Assembly (NCBI GenBank): GCA_036785375.1
Contig: JAWMAR010000386.1
Coordinates: 1,612,001 to 1,676,000, forward strand
DNA length: 64,000 nucleotides
DNA from: Leucoraja ocellata
Lineage: Eukaryota
Direction of reading: 5' to 3'
In this document: positions 26,559 through 39,485 of the stretch, in pieces
How positions within the stretch are numbered: position 1 is the stretch's first letter
How the letters are laid out: the number at the start of each line of letters is the position of its first letter
Program-made: the position numbers and the translations under genes
Notes under the pieces: generated by a model
The model's database searches: none
The model's input: only the letters and a program-made list of their open reading frames with translations
What the model was told of the DNA's origin: nothing

Positions 26559-28202
26559 ATATGACTGATAATCAGCCCAAGGTCTCTGTGACTACTGATG
26601 TTTGCAGTGGCAGGGCCATAGCCAAAGTCTTCATCAATTATGATACAAGGAACCTTGCATTTGGCACAAGGCAAATACGAACCCATTCATATTTCCCTTT
26701 CCAGGAAAAATTTCATGTTGTGCCTTTGCAACTTAAAATGTAAAACAATAAAGCTTAATGTATAAAACATTTCAAATAATATTAATCCCATGTTTAAATA
26801 CTGGCATTATATCAGTATTACTCTGACAAGACTCTCTCAAACAAGAAGACATTTTTGCTACCTATTAATCAGATTGCACATTCGGCTATGATTTGTCAAG
26901 CATGCGCTGACAGCAACATTTATGTAGAGGCATGGGAAGTAAGGATTTCTTCTCTCCTCAGAAATTTCTCTGACTTCAACAGTGTACTGTGTTCCTCAAA
27001 TTGCCACTGGCTGAGCTGTTCAATGACAACGTACAGTCGCCCAGAGGATGTATAATGCAATTCTTGTTTAAGCAGCCCAACTCATCAGGGTTTGCTTTGT
27101 AATGCGACAAGGTGGTAGAGTGGACCCTGGTCACCAGCCACAGTGCTGCCTCTCCACATCCCAGCACCCAAAATTGTATTTATTTTACACAGATGAAGAG
27201 CATGCAATTGTCAGGATGTTGTTGTGGCATTCCCATTAGTAACTCTCATGAATCTAATAGAAATGATCAGCTTAAAATTTCAGACTATCAATATAATTAA
27301 CACTCGATGAGCCAATGCAATCTTTCTTATCCAAAAGTGTAAAATATCAACTGTTGCCCAACTTTACATTCAAGATTATGCTATCCCCAGGCAGTTGGTA
27401 ACATATCGCCATACCAAGAAATGGAACAACACGAGTCCTTTTTGTGAGAAGTACTCAGAATAAGAATGGAAAATGAGGCTATTCTATAATCAAAGAGAAC
27501 CCTGGTATTGCTATCTTCAACACATATGGCATAGAGCAACATAATGCAATGCTGTTCAGGCAGCAAGGCAGGTGGTGATTGTTGTAATCACCACCAGTAT
27601 ACAGCAGTCACCATCTGCCCTGTTGCCAGCCCCATTGCAATCTATCTATAATCATACTTCTGGTGCAAGTGACATTAATTGCCAACATCAAGACTTGCGG
27701 TAGTCTGCTAAACCTAGCAATGGAGATATTTATTGTGCCTGGTGAAATCGAAGCAATTCAAATGTGTTGAAAAGTAAAACAAAATTAACTAAAGTGCGTA
27801 AAATACCTATCAATAATTAAACGATTGAAGCAAAATAATGCACCGTTTTAAAACATAATCTCTTCCACCAAAGCCCCCCCACCCATCCCTCCTTTCCTTT
27901 CTAAATCTTTTGATCTAGCATCCCACTTGAAAACAATCGGATGTGGCATGAGGTCTGAAACAATCCCCCAAGATTTTCTGGAGAATCCCATTCAGAGTGG
28001 GCTCTGTCACAGGTATTCCTTGGGGGAGTATGGTAGCAGAGCAAACTCACAGATTTCACCATACTAATCCATCAGTGTATCATATTGTCCTGTATTTTAC
28101 AGTCCATGTATGTACGTCTAGAACCATTACAGATTCAATGGTTGAAGGTCAGCAGTTCTGGATGGAACGGGGGCAGCATTGAGCACAATTTAGTGGTGCA
28201 TA

Positions 28203-28429
28203 GTGTTTAAGAGGGAACTGCAGATGCTGGAGAATCGAAGGTTACACAGAAAAGCTGGAGAAACTCAGCGGGTGCAGCAGCATCTATGGAGCGAAGGAAA
28301 TAGGCAACGTTTCGGGCCGAAACCCTTCTCCAGTCTGAAGAAGGGTTTCGGCCCGAAACGTTGCCTATTTCCTTCGCTCCATAGATGCTGCTGCACCCGC
28401 TGAGTTTCTCCAGCTTTTCTGTGTAACCC
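28203..28429. mobile_element. Palindromic mini Penelope-derived element
   Basis: Arms 28240-28333 and 28335-28428 (94 bp, one mismatch, 1-nt loop) plus an unpaired 37-bp tail at 28203-28239. Flanking direct repeat TAGTGGTGCATAGTGTT (28191-28207, 28430-28446). Same sequence as the termini of 58426-60479. Confidence 0.9.
28335..28362 (+). ncRNA. Minimal hammerhead ribozyme core in palindromic mini-element
   Basis: CTGAAGAAGGGTTTCGGCCCGAAACGTT. The opposite-strand partner has CTGGAGA, a core mutation. Confidence 0.65.
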
Positions 28430-28605
28430 TAGTGGTGCATAGTGTTGCGTTATCAAATTCCAGTGCAAAAATACTATGTGATACATACCATAGCTCTAAG
28501 GAAACATATGCAAACAATAGGAAACATAATCTATCACTAATCTATCAACCTCAATATAACCATCCCTCCCATTACAGACTATGAGTGCAGTGCATTAGAT
28601 ATTAA

Positions 28606-29346
28606 TGCCCCTGTCCCACTTATGAAACCTGAACGGAAACATCTGGTGACCTTGCGCCCCACCCAAGGTTTCCATGAGTCGCCAGAGGTTTTCGTCGCCT
28701 GGAAAGCCTCCACCGAAGCGTGAGCTGCATCTACTGACCAAAGATCCTATAGGATCTTTGCTACCGACGACACACACACACACACAAATACATCACGAAG
28801 ATGGGGGCCAGGGACAGCGGAGGAGCGCTGTCTGCTCGATGAAGAGGAAGGTAAACGGCTGCCACAGAGCACGGTAAGTCCTTTAGAGAGCGCGGGAGGG
28901 AGGGAGAGAAGGGGAAAGAAAGGGAGAGAAGGTGAGAGAGAATGGGGGAGAAGGGGGGAGGGGAAGGAGTGTTAAGAAGTTTAATAAAGTTAGCGGGCAT
29001 TTTACCTTCCGGCGGATCTTCTAGGTCCTGAAAACCAAAGATTCTATAGGATATTTGTTGAAAACTCCAATGAGCCAATCAAAATGGCCGGTCAGCGAAG
29101 GAGATTGCCTTCGACTGCCTGTAAGTAAATAGCGACCCCACTCCACTGGCTTCGACCTATTTTTAGTCGAGGCCGATTTTGAATTTGTTGAAATAATCGC
29201 AGGAACATAGAAGAAGCCTCGACTACACGGAAACCACTTTCGACCATTAGGGAGAGTGACCATAACCTCCGGGAACCTCACGGAAACCTTGGGTCGGGCG
29301 CGTCACCAGAGGTTTCCGTTCAGGTTTCCTAAGTGAGACCGGGGCT
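28606..29346. mobile_element. MITE, PIF/Harbinger-like, long TIRs
   Basis: tgcccctgtcccacttatgaaacctgaacggaaac... / ...gtttccgttcaggtttcctaagtgagaccggggct; flanked TAA/TTA. Confidence 0.8.
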
Positions 29347-32300
29347 TTAAAGGATAAAGACTGACAAGGTTGCTGCAACAGGCAATTTATTCCCACAACT
29401 TCTGACCTAAACCTGGCATCACAAAGAAGAGATGGGTCCAGTAATTTATCTCTAAATGGTAAAAAGGAGCAAATGCTCCAGAATCTGCAGAAAAGCAAAT
29501 GCTATTGCATCCAGGGCTACGCTGGATATCGCCAAAAATGTGTGCTGGATGGAAATTAACCCATGACTGCTGTTTCTGGTGCAAGGTAATTAACCTTGGA
29601 CAGCTTGTTCATTTATGTGATTGCTCCATGCATCTGGCATGAGCTACACTCTTCATGGGCTGTATATCTCAATAGAGGACCAATAAACTGAGTGCCCCGA
29701 CACCACTTAAAGTTTGCTTAGAAGAAAGGTGAATTTTGGCTGCGGAAATGCTGGCAGGTATTCTACAACATATGTTACCAATTGCACAATGGTGCAGCGG
29801 AGAGGAGAGTAGGCTCCACAGATTTGTGACTCGTACGTATATTAACAATCTATGCCCATGTTAGAAGAAGGGAAGATACTGCTGGAGGAACTCAGTGGAT
29901 CAGACAGCAGCTGTGGAAGGAAATGGACAGACTTGATTTAGATCGGGACCATCTTCAGACCCTTCTTCTTCCCATTCTCCAAGTTAGGAAATATGTCTTT
30001 CCATGGATCAGGAAACACTCTTAAAACAAGCTGCAATGGATGGCTAAAGAGCCCAGGACTGTGAATGAAGTTATTACATCAAGCTTAAAGGTACACTGTT
30101 GTTTTGCACTTCATTTTGGTGTAGGGCTTTAAAAATTATTTTTGAAAAACCTCAGGAGACTTTAACACTTTGGCGACATTTATTTTCAAAACTATCAAGA
30201 CATCATCTAAATTGTGTAAGTGTTGTACTGTTCTATTTTACTGGACATCTCATTGGCATTTATAGACACTGAACCCCTTCTCCTCTGCAGGTGGACAAGA
30301 CATTTCCATATCTGGCACTCCTGCACTAAGGTCTCCAAAGATGTGACCACAAACCTGCATGGCCTCTACAAGTTTTTGACACATATTCCTTTGCGCAACT
30401 CGATACAGATATATGATTAATTGTGTGGGGTCCACTTATACTGCTTCATAAAACAATATTGTCTCATTATTGCTCCAGTGCTAAACCTGCCAATGCCTCT
30501 TAGTAGATACAAGGAACTGCATATGCTGGTTCATAAAATAAGACACAAAAATGCTGGAGTAACTCAACAGGTCAGGCAGCATCTCTGGAAAACATGGATA
30601 GCTGATGTTTTGGATTGGGACACTTCTTCAGACTTCTTGTGTTAGTTACTTCAGCATCTAATGTATCTTAGTACTTTGGAGTACGTTTAAATTGTGATAA
30701 TCACCAGTTAGAACTAAAATTGTGTATTAAATTCAGACATTCAATTAGACATTTTTTGGGGATCACAGCACCAATTTTGTGCTTTCAGCAAATTTCAGCA
30801 AATTTCAGCAAATAAAAACTTTCTTCAGTTTTGGTTGGATCAAATGGTCTCCGTTCCTGATATCTGATTGAATAACTCCAGGAGAAAGAAAGCTAATTGC
30901 TTGAATCAATTTAAAGAAACATGAAATTCTGGCTCGTACACCTAAGGATAAGATATTCAATCTGGCCTGAAAGTCAGCAATCTTCTTTTGATATTCAGTA
31001 AGTTATGCTATTATTTTTCAGAGGATTGTGTCTTGGGAAATAGTGCATTGATTTTTCTTTCCCCACAGACAATGCAATGTCTTAAAGCAATGCATTCTCT
31101 ATCATTGTTGGATAAAAGTTCAGATTATAAATTACTTTTGCAACAGTTATTTTCGATTAGAAAGAAAAGGTATCGCAATTAGAAAGTCCTGGCAACTGTT
31201 ATTTATTCTCAAGTGGGTGAGGAAATATAGGAATGTAATCAATAAAGTATCATAACAGTTACAGAATAGAATTGTTTCCCTCGAATCTACAGCAATGTAG
31301 CCAGAGGGAAAATATCTACTCCCCATTAGTTTACACTGAAAAACTATTGCTAAATGTGAAGTTATGAAAACTTCATAGTAATCTAGTTTCAATTTTCAAA
31401 TAGCAAAATGTAAGATGTTAAAAGTCATTCTCAAAACTTGTAAGTCACCTCAATTAAGTTTAACACTCTCCATATGAAGCAACCCAATAAATTGAAATCC
31501 TCACCCCCCCCCCCTGAATCTGAGTGCAGGCAGGTGGGACTAAGGGGGAAAAAAAAAATTTGTTCGGCATCGACTTGTAGGGCCGAGATGGCCTGTTTCC
31601 GTGCTGTAATTGTTATATGTTATATGTTATATGGTTATATCTGGAGAGAAGGAATGGGTGATATTTTGGGTTGAAACCTTTCTTCTGTCATGGGTTTGGT
31701 GGTGCCATTCAGAGTACCCTACATGCAATGCATTTTGTAGATGGTGCACTCATACCATAACCCTCCATTCCCTTCTCATCCATATGCCTATCCAATTTAT
31801 TTTTTAAATTAATGAACATTAATATGCTGCCTGTCTCGCTGAGTTATTCCAACCATTTTGTGTCTATCTCCATGACCTCTATAACCATGAAAGGCAACGA
31901 CAGTAGGTGCATGGGAATGATGCAGCCTTCAGGATCTTCTCCTAGTCACTCACTATCCTGACTTGTAAATACTTTCCCATTATTATATTCTCAATCTAAC
32001 AAAATCCTTAATCACCTTACTTGCACTGTGGGAGTACTTTTATGAGAAACATTTCAGTGGTTCAAAAGCCTTCCTGTGTGTAATAGGGAATGGACAATAC
32101 ATATTGGCTTCATCAGCAACACCTAGATTTCAAATAATGAATAAGTAAATCAATCAAACAATCCCCCCTTAGTTAAAATACTAATGTCCATTTTATTGAT
32201 TTGCTCAGTGAAAGTATTCATGTAAATGTAATCCTTTCCTGTATTGGCTCCTAGGAGCCTGGATAAAACAAGAGTTTCAGCATCATCAGGATGGGAATGA

Positions 32301-32847
32301 TGGGTAATTCGTGTTCCAACTTCATCCCATCTTTTGCAATCGTTAATGATGTGTCCACCCTTATATAGGCTGATCCATTACTTCTCCAAAGTTACTTCCA
32401 GCAAGATCTCTTAAAAGTACAAAAGGTCCCTGTAGAACAACTACTGGTGAGCTTTTTGCTTGCCCATGTTAATGGTAGAACAGTGGTTTTGTTAGATTTG
32501 AGTAAGAGCTCAATGTCTCATCCTCCTTCTTGTTGGTCAATGTCTTAGCACAGGCCAGGATGGAGAAGTTTGCTGTGAAAATAGTTCCAAAAGAGGGAAC
32601 AGAAAAAGGCAATGAACAAAATGAGAAGATTAGTTTGGAATGTGTGAGTTTAATGGGACCTCTCTCCATGTTAGTTATATGCATTTGGAATTGTAGCAGT
32701 TATATGTAGACAGAGATTGCTAAGCGGGCATTGCAGAGACTGAGACTTCCACTGAAATTCTACAGAAAGTGACATCTGGCCAAGCTTTTCATTCCAGACT
32801 AAAAATAACAAAAAATGATATTGCTTTTCTTCGCAAACATGAAATCA

Positions 32848-33271
32848 CTGGAATTTAGAAGGATGAGAGGAGATCTTATAGAAATATATAACATTCTTAA
32901 AGGGTTGGACAGGTTAGATGCAGGAAAAATGTTCCCGATGTGGGGGAGTCTAGAACCAGGGGTCACAGTTTAAGAATAAGGGGTAGGCCATTTAGGACTG
33001 AGATGAGGAAAAACCTTTTCACCCAGAGAGTTGTGAATCAGCGGAATTCTCTGCCACGGAAGGCAGTGGAGGCCAATTCACTGGATGTTTTCAAGAGAGA
33101 GTTAAATTTAGCTCTTAGGGCTAAAGGGATAAAGGGATATGGGGGAAAAAAGCAGGAATGGGGTATTGATTTTAGTTGATCAGCCATGATCATATTGAAT
33201 GGTGGTGTTGGCTTGAAGGGCCGAATGGCCTATTCCTGCATCTATTTTTCTATGTGTTGTATGTTTCTATG
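32848..33271 (+). mobile_element. CR1 3' fragment
   Basis: ORF 32940-33179 ESRTRGHSLRIRGRPFRTEMRKN; 3' UTR and tail. Confidence 0.9.
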
Positions 33272-34179
33272 AAATGTGGATATGAGTGATGCAGTTCACT
33301 GCATAGAGTACTACTTTGCATCATCTTAACTTTGTCAACAGATCTTGCCCAAAGACTGGATGGCACAATTATGCTTCCTACCATCATGTTTCATCTGTAA
33401 ATGGATCTAATTTATACATAATGGGCTTTGGGTTGGGACTATTGGGAAAGAATATAATCACTTGAAAAGACGACGGGGATCTCAAAGATTATTCATTTCT
33501 GCATAATACATGAGAAGCAAGTTGTGTTCCTGCACGTTTAATTAAACCATTTAAATTATACAAGAATCAGTAAATCTAAAAACAGACATTTATGCAATGG
33601 GAGCCAGAGACACATATATTGTTATGATATACACAGATAGCATCAACACTGAACTAATTCCAGGAGGTAGATGAGTGAATGCCACAATTTGAAACCAGAG
33701 TATCAGATTGGTAATTTTTCAAATGATAATTATAAACAGAATTTAACTACATGATTAGTTTATATTTCATTCCAGACTTGGTAGATACACATCAAACCAT
33801 GAGAGAGAAGTGAAGAACAAATTCAGAAACTTGGAAAATTGTTTAAAGTGGCTGATAAATACTTTATCGCAGTAAATTATACTTAAGATGTAAAATGAAA
33901 GCGAAGCAAAGAAAGATATTATAATATAATTTATCGCCTCGATTCCACTTATATATCCATCCAATAACAATGACAAAGAGCTATAAATCTGTCCTTGAAT
34001 GCACCTAAAGCATAATGAAGTAACATGCACTGCAAGAACGTGATCAACTTCACAATGGGAGCAACTTTGCTGCAAGAATGAAAGGGGTTCCAAAGGCATT
34101 CCACCTTCTCTCCTGGCACAAATTTCCCTTGAGATGTTTACTTCCTGGACGTACTCTTTCTTCCCAGCTAGTCTAGTGG

Positions 34180-34955
34180 CAAGAACAAGAAGGCAGATTA
34201 TTATCTGAATGGTGTCCGATTAGGAAAAGGGTAAGTACAACGAGACCTGGGTGTCCTTGTACATCAGCCACTGAAAGTAAGCATGCAGGTAGAGCAGGCA
34301 GTGAAAAAAGCTAATGGCATGCTGGCCTTCAAAATTAGAGGATTTGAGTACAGGAGCAAAGATGTCCTTCTGCAGTTGTACAGAGCCCTAGTGAGACCAC
34401 ACCTGGAGTATTGTGTGCAGTTTTTGGTTCCTAATTGGAGGAAGAACATTCTTGCTATTGTGGGAGTGCAGCGTAGGTTCACCTGGTTAATTCCCGGGAT
34501 GGCTGGACTGTCATATGACGAAAGAATGGAACGACTGGCCTTATATTCACTGGAATTTCAAAGGATGAGTGAGGATCTTATAGAAACATATAAAATTATT
34601 AAGGGATTGGTTAGGCTAGATGCAGGAAAAATGTTCCCGATGTTGGGGGAGTCCAGAACAGAACCGGGGGCCATAGTTTAAGAATAAGGGGTAGGCCATT
34701 TAGAACTGAGATGAGGACAAACTTTTTCATCCAGAAATTTGTGAATTTGTGGAATTCTCTGCCTCGGAAGGCAGTGGAGACCGACTCACTGGATGCATTC
34801 AAAAGAGAGTCAGGTAGAGCTCTTAGGCCAAGCAGAATCAATGGATATGGGGAGAAGGCAGGAACGGGGTACTGATTGTGGATGATCAGCCATGATCACA
34901 TTGAATCGTGGTGCTGGCTCGAAGGGCCGAATGGCCTACTCCTGCACCTATTTTC
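34180..34955 (+). mobile_element. CR1 3' fragment, target of the Gypsy insertion (tail resumes at 39694)
   Basis: ORF 34283-34681. The 3' UTR ends cctgcacctattttc at the LTR, and tatgcatctatg follows the second TSD. Confidence 0.92.
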
Positions 34956-35163
34956 TGTAGATCAGTGCATGTTCCTTTAACCATAGTGACCTCCCGTATT
35001 ACTAACCACTCCCCATTGTCTCCAGTATAATTGTAGTGTCCCCACCTCTAGCTCGCTCTCTAGCTCCAGTGATGACCACGGACAGCTACAGCATAGTGAT
35101 TAACAGTTACCTAATAAATAGTTATAGTAAAAGACTTGTGTGTGTGCAGTAAGTCCTTTTACA
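34956..35163 (+). repeat. 5' LTR of Gypsy element
   Basis: tgtagatcagtgc...gtccttttaca; contains AATAAA; I find no difference from 39481-39688. Confidence 0.97.
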
Positions 35164-35180
35164 TGGTGTCATAGCGGTAG
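35164..35180 (+). promoter_or_regulatory. Putative primer-binding site (tRNA-Leu-like)
   Basis: TGGTGTCA immediately after the LTR is complementary to the ...UGACACCA 3' end of vertebrate tRNA-Leu(CAG/CAA). The match degrades after 8 nt. Confidence 0.6.
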
Positions 35181-35252
35181 ACTTGCGTCTCCTGTTCATC
35201 GGTTTTTGTTTTACCATTTCTTTCTCCCAGTCCTTCCCTCCTTTCTTTTATC

Positions 35253-36365
35253 ATGTCCCACCACTGTCGTCGACCAGACCAGTTGGTGTTCGACACGGAC
35301 ATTGTCCATCGCTGGACCGTGTTCCAGCGCGATTACGAGCATTACATTGCTATCGCCCATCCTGATGCCACTCCTGCTGTACAGGCTCACCTATTGCTTA
35401 ACCTCGCGGGACCTGCAGCTATGGATCAATATGCATCGTTCCATTTCGCCGCCGGAGAGGACCGCAACGACCCGGTATGTCTCCTTAATAAGTTCGCTGC
35501 CCTCTGTGATATTCCTACCAACAACATCATCGAACGCTTCAAATTCTTCCAGAGGCAGCAGCTGCCAGGCGAGCCTGTCGGCACTTTCATTGCCGCCTTG
35601 CATCACCTGGCTCAGCGCTGCCGCCTTGTCACAATCACCCCTGACAAATTAATTAGGGACGTCCTGGTCAATGGTCTCCGCAACGATAGACTGCGTGAGC
35701 AACTCTTAGTTAAACCCGATCTGACACTGCGGGATGCTATGTATTCTGCACGCATGTCTGAAGCCGTTGGTTCCGTGTCCAGACAGGCTCCCCAGGACAT
35801 TAACTTCACCGGTCAAGCCGGTCGCCTGACTACGCGATGCAACCCCGCGGCTCTCCCCATGAAAGTCGCCACCTCCACTGTCCCGCGACGCTGCCCTAAC
35901 TGCTTTTTTACGGCTCATCCCTCAAACATTTGCCCCGCACAGGGCAAGACCTGTCTTTCCTGTGGCAAACTCGGCCACTTTTCTGCCGCCTGCCGTTCCC
36001 GTGGGAAGCCAGTCCCTGCTCCAAGAAGGAGTCTAAACAACCTTGCCGAACTAAACAACATTGCACTCCCTGATAGCGCTCTGCTTCCTCAGTACGAGCT
36101 GGAGGAGCTCCAAGACTCTGATGCACTCCCCTCTCGTGAAGATCCAACTATTTTTTCACTTTTGGGTACACCTGCTCTGATTACGGATCCCTCTGTGCAT
36201 GTTACTGTGAACGGCCATTCCTTTTCAGCCAAGGTCGATACTGGCGCTTTCGCCAATGTTATGTCAATAAGCCTTTTCAAGCAGATCAGATCTGGTGAGA
36301 AAGTACTCCCTGGCGACACCTGCCTCCATGCCTACGGGGGGGGGCGTCCTGGTTCCCGTGGGTAA
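35253..36365 (+). CDS. Gypsy gag plus N-terminal aspartic protease (frame shifts at G9 run 36336-36344)
   Basis: 370-aa ORF with gag-like ERFKFFQRQQLPGE...IRD, CCHC knuckle CLSCGKLGHFSAAC and protease active site KVDTGA. Confidence 0.9.
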   Translation: MSHHCRRPDQLVFDTDIVHRWTVFQRDYEHYIAIAHPDATPAVQAHLLLNLAGPAAMDQYASFHFAAGEDRNDPVCLLNKFAALCDIPTNNIIERFKFFQRQQLPGEPVGTFIAALHHLAQRCRLVTITPDKLIRDVLVNGLRNDRLREQLLVKPDLTLRDAMYSARMSEAVGSVSRQAPQDINFTGQAGRLTTRCNPAALPMKVATSTVPRRCPNCFFTAHPSNICPAQGKTCLSCGKLGHFSAACRSRGKPVPAPRRSLNNLAELNNIALPDSALLPQYELEELQDSDALPSREDPTIFSLLGTPALITDPSVHVTVNGHSFSAKVDTGAFANVMSISLFKQIRSGEKVLPGDTCLHAYGGGRPGSRG

Positions 36366-38253
36366 GGCAACTCTTATCTGCACAGTTCTAGAGACCTCTC
36401 GGCCCCTCACTTTCCACCTGCTGGACTCTGACAACGTCACCCTGCTGGGCGCCCGTGCGTGTCAGGACTTGGGGCTAGTCTCATTCCACCACAGCATTCA
36501 CCTAGTGCAGGCTCCCATGGACCCACTTATTGAATACCCCGACCGTTTTGATGACGTTCTGGGCAAGCTGCCCTGCGACTACAAGATTGTTGTCGACCCG
36601 AGCGTCGACCCGGTGATTCGACCGGCACACCGCGTCTCCTTTGCCATGAAGGGCCGCGTGGAGTCTACTCTGCGCGATATGGTGACCATGGGCATCCTCA
36701 AGGAGGTGAGCGCTCCCACCAGGTGGGTCTCCACCATGGTCGTCGCAGCCAAAAAGGACAAAAGCGAGATTCGGATCTGCATTAACCCCAAGGACCTCAA
36801 CCTTGCCATCAAGCGCCCCCACTACCCCATGCGGACGGTAGAGGACGTTGCTGCACAGGTCGGCCCTGCCACTGTCTTTTCAGTCCTAGACGCCAAGAGC
36901 TCCTTCTGGCAGATCCCTCTGGACGAACGCTCCTCATTCCTCACCACTTTCAGCACTCCCTTCGGCCGGTTCCGTTTCCTCCGCATGCCGTTTGGAATCA
37001 ACTCTGCCAGCGAGGTTTTCCAGCGCACCATGGAGCAACTGTTTGCCGGCCTACCGTGCGCCATCATCGTGGATGACATTCTGGTGTACGGGAGGGACGT
37101 TGCTGAGCACGACCTGAACCTCCGCAAAGTCCTGGACAGGGCGCGGGTGATAAACCTCAAGCTGAACCCGAAGAAATGCCGATTCCGGGTTCCAGAAGTC
37201 ACTTACGTTGGCCATGTCTTCACGGCTGGGGGTCTCAAACCCGACCCCCAGAAAACGTCAGCAGTCACTGACATGCCCGCTCCTACCGACGTCCCTGGCC
37301 TGCAGCGTTTCCTGGGCATGGTCAATTACCTGGGTAAATTCATACCCGACCTCAGTGAACTGAGTGCCCCCCTTCGGGAACTAATCAAAAAGGACTCCGC
37401 GTGGGTCTGGCTCCCGCACCACCAGTCAGCTTTCGTGACTCTGAAGCTAAAGCTTGCCGCTACCCCGACTTTGAAATTTTTCGACCTGCACCGACCTATT
37501 ATCCTCACTTGCGATGCCTCGAAGTTTGGTCTCGGTGCCGCTTGCCTGCAGCTTTATGACAACCTTCAGCTGCCCGTCTCCTACGCTTCACGCACCATGA
37601 CCCCTGCCGAGCAGCGATATGCCCAGATTGAAAAAGAGCTGCTTGCCGTGGTCGTCGCTTGCTCCAAGTTTAAAGACTACATCCTCGGCAACTCTTTCAC
37701 CATCGAGACTGACCACCAGCCGTTGGTGACAATCCTTAATAAACCTATCCATGTTGCTTCTTCCCGGTTGCAGCGCATGATGCTGCAGCTCCAGCGTTTC
37801 ACGTTCCAGATCGTCTACCGTAAGGGCAAAGACATGTTTGTAGCTGACACTCTTTCTCGTGCTCCGCTGCCTTCCGTTGTCCGCCACCTGTACGAATCCT
37901 CCGACCTTCTGGTACTAAACGTCAACATTGTTCCTTCACAGCAAATGCAGTCCCTGGTCCAACATACTGCTGATGATCCTGCCCTGCAAAAACTTGCGGA
38001 CGTTATCCGCCGTGGTTGGCCTGACCGTCGCTCCGAACTGCCTGCTGGCGCGGCACCATATTTCCTCGTTTGCGAAGAACTGGTGCTTCACGCCGGCGTG
38101 GTGGTAAAGGGTCACAAAGTCGTGGTGCCTGCCGCACTCCGGGATCACTATTTCCAGACTGCTCACAGCGGCCACCCTGGGGTGGAAGCTACTTTATCCC
38201 ATGCCCAGAGCCAATTCTACTGGCCAGGTATGGCTCAAGACATCCGTGACAGG
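36345..38253 (+). pseudogene. Gypsy pol: protease C-terminus, reverse transcriptase, RNase H, start of integrase Zn finger
   Basis: Part of ORF 36295-38433: LDAKSSFWQ, RMPFG, IVDD, FLGMVNYLGKF, RNase H CDASKFGLGA, YAQIEKELLA, TDHQPL, ADTLSR, and H-x3-H of HHCC (AHSGHPG). Bounded by two 1-bp frameshifts. Confidence 0.9.
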
Positions 38254-39485
38254 TCTCCGCCTGCGCTGCCTGCAACACCCTGCACCCCCATCAGCGGCGC
38301 CAGCCTCTCCTGCAGCCGCCGGCTCCAGAGCTCCCATGGATGGCCGTTGCCACCGACCTCTTTGAGTGGCGCGGAAAGCACTTCCTGGTCCTGGTGGACT
38401 CGTATTCCAGCTGGTTCGAGGTCGACCAGCTGACCTCCATCACCTCTGCCGCTGTCATCGGGAAACTTCGCCGCCACTTCTCCACCTTCGGCTCCCCGGT
38501 GACCCTCCGGTCCGACAACGGCAGCCAGTTCTCCAGCGACGAGTTCAAGACCTTTGCTGCCCGTTGGAACTTTCACCACATCACCAGCAGCCCCGAGTTT
38601 CCTCAGAGCAACGGACTTGCTGAGCGGGCCGTTCGTAGTGCCAAGGAGCTGCTTGAACACTGCCGCCTGTTCCGTGCCGATTTCCACCTTGCCCTGCTTA
38701 ACCTCCGCAACATTTCCCGTGACCCTGCGCTCGGCTCCCCTGCCCAACGCCTCATGTCTCGCACCACCAGACCTCCCCTGCCGGTTTCCCAGCAGTCCCT
38801 CAAGCCCTCTGTACAAAATCCTGCCACTGTCACTGAGCGCATTGCCAAAAAACAGGACACCCAGAAGCGCTCTTTTGACAAATCTGCCCGCCTAATTCCA
38901 CGTCTGCTCCCGGGGCAGGTTGTCCGGATGCAGTCCCCCACTGGCCACTACCGCCTGGCAGTCGTAGTCGGAGACGCCGGTTCTCCGCGCTCCTACTTCG
39001 TCGACTACGAGGGGGCTATCTACCGTCGCTCCCGCCAGCACTTACTCCTTGTGAATGAGCCCGCTCCGCCTCCCGCGGATCCTTCTCACCCCCCCATCTC
39101 TTCCAGACCTCCCGTGGCCCCTCAGGCCCCGTCTACGCCTCGCATGCCACGCACCCTCCCCTCACAACTGTCCGCCCGTTCCCCTGCCTCGCCTGTCAAG
39201 CCAGCATCGCCCGCAAAACCTCCCTCCCCTGCCAAACCTGTCTCTCCACCCGCAGCCCCGCATTCTCCTCCGCCCGCCTCTCCTGCCCATCCCCCGGCTG
39301 CCGTCCCTTCTGTTCCCGACGATGAGGAGGAGGGCGGTTTACGCACCCGCTCTGGCCGCCTGTCCGCTACGGGGAATTCGCATAGTGTTGTACTGTTGCC
39401 GGTGCGGTTGGTGTTCGTAGCGTATGAGCCGTGGTCACTCTGTATAGTACCTGCCATGCTTTTGTTTCCCAGAGGAAGGATGTAG
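38254..39485 (+). pseudogene. Gypsy integrase core plus proline-rich C-terminal tail
   Basis: The frame of ORF 38340-39485 reads back to SACAAC (CC of HHCC). DDE motifs ATDLF, SDNGSQF, NGLAERAV. Pro-rich tail followed by RTRSGR. Confidence 0.9.

Noticed and set aside
36336-36344. Programmed gag-pol ribosomal frameshift
   Set aside because: The break lies inside the protease, after DTGA, at a G homopolymer; an indel is the simpler explanation.
39055-39485. env-like or chromodomain ORF at the Gypsy 3' end
   Set aside because: Only a Pro-rich low-complexity tail. The hydrophobic ending arises from read-through after a probable small deletion.
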